Shown here: positions 55,970 through 64,000 of the stretch, piece by piece
How positions within the stretch are numbered: the first letter of the stretch is position 1
Layout of the letters: each line of letters starts with the position of its first letter
Assembly (NCBI GenBank): GCA_030390025.1
Contig: CM059432.1
Span: 95,916,001-95,980,000, forward strand
Direction: 5' to 3'
DNA from: Squalus acanthias
Lineage: Eukaryota
DNA: 64,000 nucleotides
Notes under the pieces: model-generated
Database searches by the model: none
What the model was told of the DNA's origin: nothing
Seen by the model: the letters and a program-made list of their open reading frames with translations, nothing else
Program-made: the position numbers and the translations under genes

Positions 55970-58608
55970 CCATCATCAATCCTCTCTGTTACTTCATCAA
56001 AAAATTCAATTAGATTAGTCAAACACGATTTGCCTTTTACAAATCCGTGTTGGCTCTCCCTAATTAGCTTAAACCTCTCCAAGTGCCCGTTAATTTTTTC
56101 CTTGATTATTGTTTCTAAAACTTTACCCACCACTGATGTTAAACTGATCGGCCTGTAGTTATTAGAATTGTCCTTACACCCTTTCTTGAACAATGGTGTC
56201 ACATTTACCACTTTCCAATCCTCAGGCACTTCCCCCGCATCTAGGGAAGATTGGAAAATTATGGCAAGCTCTTCCGCTATCTCCTCCCCCAATTCCCTTA
56301 GCAACCTGGGATGCAAACCATCTGGACCAGGCGACTTGTCCACTCTAAGCATACCCAGCCTTTCTAGTACATCCTGTCTAGCAATTTTCGCCCCTTCCAT
56401 TGCTTCTATCCTTTCCACTTCTACTGATATTTTGTCAGCATCCACCTCCTTAGTAAACACTGATACAAAGTACTCATTGAGTATTCTAGACTTGCCCTGC
56501 GCCTCTAAGCATATATCGCCTTCTTTGTCTCTAATAGACCCCACCCCGCCTCTTACTACCTGCTTACTGTTTACATGCCGGTAGAAGATTTCTGGGTTCT
56601 CTTTTATGTTAACTGCATTCTACTCTCATATTCTTTCTTTGCCAATCTTATTTTCATCTTCACTTCCCCTCTCAACTGATAGTATTTGGTCTGGTTCTCC
56701 CTTGACGAATTCACCTGACATGCATCATACACCCTCTTTTTTTGTTTCATCATCTTCTCTATCTCCCTCGTCATCCAAGGAGCCCTTGCGTTGGTTCCCT
56801 TACTCTTCACTCTTGTTGGAATGTACCTAGCCTGTACTTGGAACATCTCCTCCTTAAAGATCACTCATTGTTCCGTTACAGTTTTTCCTGTCAGTCTTTG
56901 GTTCCATTTTACCCTGGCTAGATCGTTTCGCATCCCATTGAAGTTAGCCCTATTCCAGTTTAGAAGTTCCACTCTAGATTGTTCCTTGCTCCTCACCATT
57001 GCTAATCTAAATCTTATGATACGATGATCACTCGTACCCAAGTGTTCTCCCACAGAGACTTGGTCGACCTGGCCCACCTCATTCCCCAGCACCAGATCCA
57101 GCAATGCCTCCTTCCTAGTTGGACCTGGAACATACTGCTCAAGGAAATTCTCCTGAACATTTTTCAGAAATTCCTCCCCTCCTTTTCCTTTACCCTAGCA
57201 TTATCCCAATCGATATTTGGGTAATTAAAGTCCCTCAATATCACCACTCTATAGCTCTTGCATATCTCTGCGATTTCCCTGCAGATTTGCTCCTCTACCT
57301 CCCTCTCTATATTTGGAGGCCTATAGAATACCCCCACTAGCGTGATCATACCCTTTTTGCTCCTCAACTCTAACCAAATGGATTCTGTACTTGTCCCCTC
57401 AAGAACATCCTCCCTTTCCAACACTACAATGTCTTCCTTAATCAGCAGTGCTACCCCACCTCCCTTTTTTCCTTCCCTGTCTTTTCTGAACACCTTGTAC
57501 CCTTGAATATTACGTGCCTAGTCCTCACCATTTTTAAGCCACGTTTCCGTTATTGCCACAACATCATATTGCCACACGGCTAATTGTGCTTGTAGCTCAC
57601 CAACCTTATTCACCACACGTTGTGCGTTTACGTACAAGCATTCTAAACCCATTTTTGAATTTTTCGTAGTCTTTCTTAATCTGCTCCTATCTAATATGGT
57701 ATTACTACTGCCTTTAGTACTATCTTCCCTAGTTCTATCCAACACACTCACTCTTTTAGGCACCTTATTTCTCTTTTCTACTCCTATATGTTGGTGCCCA
57801 TCCCCCTGCCAAGCTAGTTTAAACCCTCCCCAACAGCACTAACAAACCTCCCCGCAAGAATATTGGCCCCGGCTCTGTTGAGGTGTAACCCGTCTGGCTG
57901 GTACAGGTCCTACCTTCCCCAGAAATGGTCCCAGTGCCTCAGGAATCTAAAGCCCTCCCTCCTGCACCATCTCTCCAGCCACGCATTCATCTGTTCTGTC
58001 CTCCTATTCCTGTACTCACTAGCACGTGGCACCGGGAGTATTCCGGAGATTACTATCTTTGAGGTCCTGCTTTTTAATCTCTTTCCTAGCTCCCTAAGCT
58101 CTGCCTGCAGGACCTCATCCCTCTTTCTGCCTATGTCGTTGGTACCGATATGGACAACGACCTCTGGCTGTTCACCCTCCCCCCTCAGAGTGTCCTGCAG
58201 CCACTCAGTGACATCCTTGACACTGGCACCAGGGAGGCAACATACCATCCTGGAGTCACGTCTACGGCCGCAGAAACGCCTGTCTGCTCCCCTAACTATC
58301 GAATCCCCTACCACTATCACTCTTCCACTGAGGTCGGGAGCCGAGTGGTCTTGGTGGAACCCAAACTGGGCATCAGTGAGCAGGTTGTTGGTGAGTAAGT
58401 GCCGCTTGATAGCACTGTTGATGACACCTTCTATCACTTGGCTGATGATTGAGAGTAGGCTGATGGGGCGGTAATTGGCCAGATTGGATTAGTCCTGCTT
58501 TTTGTGGACAGGACATACTTGGGCAGTTTTCCACATTGTCGGATAGATGCCAGTGTTGTAGTTGTACTGAAACAGCTTGGCTAGAGGCGCGGCTAGTTCT
58601 GGAGCACA

Positions 58609-58766
58609 GGTAGATAGATTTTTGGACTCTAGGGGAATCAAGGGATATGGGGATTAGGCGGGAAAGTGGAGTTGAGGTCGAAAATCAGGCATGATCTTAT
58701 TGAATGGCGGAACAGGCTCGAGGGGCCATATGGCCTACTCCTGCTCCTAATTCTTATGTTCTTATG
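58609..58766 (+). mobile_element. CR1 extreme 3' fragment
   Basis: CR1 3' UTR and TTCTTATG tail. Confidence 0.85.
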
Positions 58767-59332
58767 TAGACTTGACTATTCTAATGGTCTCCTGGCTGGT
58801 CTGCCATCTTCCACCCTCCATAAACCTCTACTCTTCCAAAACTCTGCGGTCCATATCAACTCCTTGACTCACACCAAGTCCAGTTCGCCCAACAACCCTG
58901 TGCATGCTGACCTACATTAGTACCCGGTCCAGCAACACCTCGATTTTAAAATTCTCATCACAGTTTTCAAATCCCTCCATGGCCTCGCCGTTTCATATCT
59001 CTGCAACCTCCTCCAGCCCTACAACCCTCCAAGATCTTGGCACTCGTCCAATTCTGGCTTGTTGCGAATCCCTGATTTTACTCACTTCAGAATTGGTGAC
59101 CGTGTCTTCAGCTGCCTAGGCCCAAAGCTCTGGAGTCTCTCCCTAAACCTCTCCGCCTCGCTACCTTGGTCTTCTCCTTTTAGACGCTCCTTAAAACCTG
59201 CCTCTTTGACCAAGCTTTTGGTCACCTGTCCTTATGTGCTTCGGTTTCAATTTTTGTTGCATAACGCTCCTGTGAAGTGCCTTGGGACATTTTACTATGT
59301 TAAAGGTGAATATATAAATGTAAGTTGTTCTT
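58767..59332 (+). mobile_element. L2 LINE 3' fragment
   Basis: RLDYSNGLLAGLP; L2 3' end GTGAAGTGCCTTGGGACATTTTACTATGTTAAAGG. Confidence 0.85.
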
Positions 59333-59383
59333 CTAAGGACCTGATTCCCAGAGGAGGATGTGCTTACCTGGGACCTGCCTGTG

Positions 59384-59505
59384 TAGCCCCGCCCCCTGAC
59401 CAATCCGTTAGCCCCGCCCCTGACCAATCCGTTAGCCCCGCCCCTGACTAGCCCCGCCCCCCGGTGTAACCCTTTCCGTCGTGCTGGGGAATCACTTCCG
59501 GGTCG
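59384..59505 (+). promoter_or_regulatory. EBAG9: CpG-island, TATA-less promoter of EBAG9
   Basis: Four GCCCCGCCCC GC boxes and two CCAAT boxes in a 24-bp tandem unit; ETS-type motif CACTTCCGG at ~59493; CpG-rich; directly upstream of the EBAG9 exons. Confidence 0.8.
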
Positions 59506-59538
59506 GGCCCGGGTGCCCTAGTCAGCACAGGCGCGGTG
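59490..59538 (+). other. EBAG9: Probable non-coding exon 1 of EBAG9 (start approximate)
   Basis: Donor GTG|GTGAGC at 59538/59539 pairs with acceptor CTCCTGTCCCCACAG| at 59675, giving a 137-nt intron. Human EBAG9 also has a non-coding first exon. Confidence 0.55.
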
Positions 59539-59698
59539 GTGAGCGGCTGGTTGCTGGGCCTGTTTTTGAAAAAGGCGGCTCCATTTATTGTTTTCTTTCA
59601 TTATTAATGTTGTGGTGATTTGACGCAGCTCGGCACGGAGGCAGCGGCGTGTTGTGATCTCTCCTGTCCCCACAGCCTCCCCCCCCTCCCTGGTCACT

Positions 59699-59781
59699 AT
59701 GGCGATCAGCCAGTTCCGAGCGCTCCGAGTCTGTACGTGTTTCGCGTGGCTGCTCTCCTTCTTCAAGAGGTTGATCTGCAG
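59699..59781 (+). CDS. EBAG9: EBAG9/RCAS1 first coding exon (exon 59676-59781); the gene continues beyond the window
   Basis: MAISQFRALRVCTCFAWLLSFFKRLICR versus human MAITQFRLFKFCTCLATVFSFLKRLICR (from memory); 83 coding nt, followed by AG|GCAAGT. Confidence 0.93.
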
Positions 59782-60706
59782 GCAAGTACTGAGGAGCCGG
59801 CTCGCTCTCTGGCTCAATGCAATGCAGAGTGTGCATATTATTATATCTTTTAAAAGTCGAGGACAAAAACATCACGCAACATTTACTCTGCCCCCGGCGC
59901 TTTCTTCCCCCGAATCTCACATTTACAGGTTTTTTCCCCCTTTTTTTTCCCCAAATATATTTTGAGTATCCATTTTGGTTGCCTGATATATTCGTGTTTG
60001 CTTGTTTACTTTTTAAAATCTGTACCGCTCGCGAGGCCTGCTGCTCTCGTGTTGCTGACACTGGTTGGCGATGTCAATGTTGTGGCTCTGCATGTCAGTG
60101 GCAAAGCCTTTTACTGGCGTTTTTTAGTGGAAGTCACAATTTTTTGCCCCATAAAACTTAATGTGGTACCACATTTATCTCCCGTCTGGTTTTAAGATTA
60201 CTCCTTGTGTCACAGTTCAGGATCAAGTGCAAAACATGATATTGTCCGAATGCAACTCTTAAGGAACAAATGCTGATCTACTGTAAATAAGTCTTCTGTA
60301 GTCGCATTTGAAGACACTTATGAATTTGCATTATCCAGGCTCCTTCGTGAGCTGAACAACTGAAGTGTTGAGATCAGCAATTCTAACATAAAAAGGGTGG
60401 GTGAAAAAGGTGCTCTCATGTGGGAATTGACGGACTTGCCCAGTGCTGGTAAAGAATTGGGTCAGTTTTATGGACAACATATGACCCTGATTGAGAGTGT
60501 ACATTCATTAGCTTGTTAATGTCTTCTAATCTTAGGAACAGGTGCGTTCAATTGGTTAGGCATGTCACGCAATTTATATAAATCTGAAAATAACAAATCA
60601 GACTGTTTCAGAAGGTCCAAGTTCATCATTCAGTACACTGCTCTTTCACATTTAGGGCCTTCTGGTTCTAAGGATCCAATATGAACAACAACTTGCATTT
60701 ATATAA

Positions 60707-63292
60707 GAACATAAGAAATAGGAGCAGGAATAAGCCACTTGGCCCCTCGAGCCTGCTCCGCCATTCAGTAAGATCATGGTTGATCTTGGGCTCAAAGCCA
60801 CTTCCCCGCCTGCTCCCCATAACCCTTCACTCCCTTATCTTGCAAAAATTTGTCTATCTCCACCTTAAATGTATTTAATGACCCAGCCTCCACAGCTCTC
60901 TGGGGCAGAAAATTCCACAGATTTACGACCCTCTGAGAGAAGAAATTCCTCCTCATCTCAGTTCTAAAAGGGCGACCCTTTATTCTAAAACTGCCCCCGC
61001 GTTCTAGATTTCCCCACGAGGGGAAACATCCTCTCTGCATCTACCTTGTTGTGCCCCCTCAGTATCTTATATGTTTCAATAAGATCACCTCTCATTCTTC
61101 TAAATTCTAATGAGTATCGTCCCAGCCTGCTCAACCTTTCTTCATAAGTCAACCCCCCTCATCTCAGGAATCAACTGAGTGAATCATCTCTGAACTGCCT
61201 CCAATGCAAGCATATCCTTCCTTAAATAAGGAGACCAAAACTATACGCAGTACTCAAGGTGTGGTCTCACCAATACCCTGTACAGTTGTAGCAGGACTTC
61301 CCTGCTTTTATACTCCAACCCCTTTCAAATAAAGGCCAACATTCCATTTGCCTTTTTGATTACTTGCTGTACCTGCATACTAACTTTTTGTGCTTCATGA
61401 ACAAGGACCCCCAGGTCCCTCTGAACTGTAGCATTTTGTAATCTCCATTTAAAAAATAATTTGCTTTTTTATTTTTCCTGCCAGAGTGTATAACCTCGCA
61501 CTTTCCCACATTATACTCCATCTGCCAAATGTTTGCCCACTCACTTAGCCTATCTATATCCCTTTGCAGGTTCTTTGAGTCCTCTGCACAACTTGCTTTC
61601 CCACCCATCTTTGTATCATCTTCAAACTTGGCTACATTACACTCGGTCCCTTCATCCAAGTCATTAATGTAGATTGTAAATAGTTGAGGCCCCAGCACCG
61701 ATCCCTGTGGCACCCCACTAGTTACCGTTTGCCAACCGGAAAATGACCCATTTATCCCGACTCTCTGCTTTCTGTTAGTTAGCCAATTCTCTATCCATGC
61801 TAATATATTACCCCCAATTCCGTGAGCTCTTATCTTATGTAGTAACCTTTTATGTGGCACCTTATCGAATGCTTCGGGAAATCCAAATACACCACATCCA
61901 CAGGCTCACCTTTGTCCACCCTGCTCGTTACCACCTCAAAGAACTCCAGCAAGTTTGTTAAACATGATTTCCCTTTCATAAAACCATGCTGACTCTGCTC
62001 GACTGCATTATGATTTTCCAAATGCCCTGCTACTGCTTCCTTAATGAAGGACTCCAGCATTTTCCCAATGACAGATGTGAGACTAACTGGTCTATAGTTT
62101 CCTGCTTTCTGTCTCCCTCCTTTCTTAAATAGGGGTGTTACATTTGCGGTTTTCCAATCCGCTGGGACCTCTCCAGCGTCCAGGGAATTTTGGTATATTG
62201 CAACCAATGCATCCACTATCTCTGCAGCCATTTCTTTTAAGACCCTGGGATGCAAGCCATCTGGTCCAGGGGACTTGTCATCTTTTAGTCCCATTATTTT
62301 ACCAAGTACTATTTCCTTCGTGATAGTGATTGTCTTTAGTTCCCCCCTCCCTGTGGCCCCTTGATTATCCATTATTGGGATGTTGTTCGTGTCTTCTACC
62401 GTGAAGACGGATACAAAATATTTGTTCAGAGTCTCTACCATTTCCCCGTTCCCCATTATTAATTTCCCAGTCACATCCTCTAAGGGACCAACGTTTACTT
62501 TAGCTACCCTCTTCCTTTTTATATACCTGTAGAAGCTCTTACTATCTGTTTTAATGTTTCTTGCCAGTTTACTCTCATAATTCATCATCTCTCTCTTTAT
62601 TTTTTTTAGTCATCCTTTGCTGGTTTTTAAAAATGTCCCAATCCTCTGGTCTCCCACCAATCTTGGCAACATTGTATGCCTTCATTTTCAATTTGATACC
62701 ATCCTTTACTTCCTTAGTTAGCCACAGATGGTGCTCCCTTCTCTTAAAATCTTCCTCACTGGAATATATTTTTGTTGAGAGTTATGAAATATCTCCTTAA
62801 ATGTCCGCCACTGCATTTCAACTGTCTTACCCTTTAATTCATTTTTCCAGTCCACTCATGCCATTGTAATTGTTCTGCCCTCATGCCATTGTAATTGCCT
62901 TTGTTTAAGATCAGGACACTGGTTTGAGATACAACTTTCTCACCCTCCAACTGAATTTGAAATTCACCATGCTATGATCACTCTTTCCTAGAGGATCCTT
63001 TACTATGAGATCATTTATTAATTCTGTCTCATTACATAGTACCAGATCCAAGATAGCCTGCTCCCTGGTTGGTTCCATTACATACTGTTCTCGGAAACCA
63101 TCCCGGATGCACTCTGTGAACTTCTCCTCAAGGCTACCGTGGCCAATTTGATTTGTCCAATCAATATGGAGATTAAAATCACCCATGATTATTACCGTAC
63201 CTTTTTTACAGGCCTCCATTATTTGTTGATTTATACTCTGTCCAACAGTATTGCTACTGTTCGAGGGCCCGTAGACTACACCCACCAGAGAC
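60707..63292 (-). mobile_element. CR1 LINE in the EBAG9 intron, inserted into an L2 tail
   Basis: Endonuclease GDFN, LDLVL and SDH, plus RT motifs; tail near 60705-60720; TSD TTTATATAA (60698-60706 / 63293-63301). Confidence 0.92.
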
Positions 63293-64000
63293 TTTATATA
63301 ACGCCTTTAACGTATTAAAAAGCCCCAAGGCGCTTCACAGGAGCGTTATCAAACAAAATTTGACACTAAGACACAATGAGATATTAGGACAGATGACCAA
63401 AAGCTTGGTCAAAGAGGTAGGTTTTAAGGAGCGCCCTAGAGGAGGAGGGGAGAGAGAGAGAGAGAGAGGCGGAGAGGTATAGGGAGGGAATTCCAGAGTT
63501 TAGGGCCTAGACAGCTGAAACCACGGCTGCCAATGGTGGAGCAATTAAAATAGGGGATGCACAAGAAACCAGAATTGGAAGTTGAGATCTCGGAGGGTTG
63601 TAGGGCTGGAGGAGGTTACAGAGATAGGGAGGAGCGAGGCCATGGAGGGATTTGAAAACAAGGATGAGAATTGAAGCGTTGCTGGATCGGGGGCCAATGT
63701 AGGTCAACGAGCACAGGGTGATGGGTGAATGGGACTTGGTGCGAGTTAAGATACGGGCAGCAGAGTTTTGGATGACCTCAAGTTTACGGAGGGTGGAAAA
63801 TAGGAGACCGGCCAGGACAGTGTTGGAACAGTCAAGTCTAGAGGTAACAAAGGCATGGATGAGGGTTTCAGTAGCAGATGAGCTGAGGCAGGGGCGGAGT
63901 CAGGTGATGTTACGGAGGTGGAAGTAGGCGGTCTTGGTGATGACAAGGATACGTGGTCGGAAGTTCATCTCTCTGTCAAATACAACACCAACGTTACAAT
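63293..64000 (-). mobile_element. L2 LINE 3' part; its tail is displaced to 60684-60706
   Basis: Aligns by eye with the L2 at 8736-9475; runs off the window end. Confidence 0.88.

Larger units (their letters stand above)
50467..58329 (-). mobile_element. Near-full-length CR1 LINE (ORF1 SGNH esterase, endonuclease, RT), interrupted by Gypsy copy 3
   Basis: VIVVGDSIVRG...HIGTNDIG (esterase); CLYVNA...AITETWL, GGGVA, LDLVL and SDH (endonuclease); [18 protein letters not shown] and FADD (RT). Confidence 0.92.
49303..58608 (-). mobile_element. CR1/Jockey-group LINE 3' half, split into 49303-50466 and 58330-58608 by a nested CR1
   Basis: Same family as 5609-9690: NYRPISLLS, DAQFGF, MEYSPLAW, SLHHRRTVAA, and the same 3' tail. 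Confidence 0.88.

Noticed and set aside
59654..59965. 103-aa single-exon ORF as the complete gene
   Set aside because: Only the 28 codons from the ATG at 59699 match EBAG9; the rest is intron read-through or UTR.

Overview
Repeat-saturated vertebrate genomic DNA. The repeat families (CR1 and L2 LINEs, Penelope remnants, a DeuSINE-like tail, Harbinger transposons) point to a shark or other cartilaginous fish; this is an inference. The only recognisable host gene is EBAG9 (RCAS1) near the right end. It has a GC-box/CCAAT/ETS CpG-island promoter, a non-coding exon 1, and the first coding exon (59699-59781), which ends in a GC-type splice donor. The preceding ~59 kb is nested mobile DNA: (i) five degenerate Harbinger transposons (HARBI1 transposase and/or an intron-containing Myb/SANT partner gene) plus three short non-autonomous derivatives; (ii) three full-length, GC-rich CsRn1-lineage Gypsy retrotransposons with tRNA-Trp PBS, CHCC gag knuckle and 4-bp TSDs, two of them head-to-head; (iii) three homologous, unusually long (1.4-1.8 kb) TGTA...TACA solo LTRs with 4-bp TSDs, from a retroelement I cannot identify; (iv) many CR1, L2 and CR1/Jockey-group LINE fragments. 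The best leads are the long solo-LTR family, two Harbinger MITEs with covarying hairpins, a LINE with a SINE-like head and no ORF1, a 133-bp target duplication, and the EBAG9 GC donor. All calls were made by eye, without database searches.
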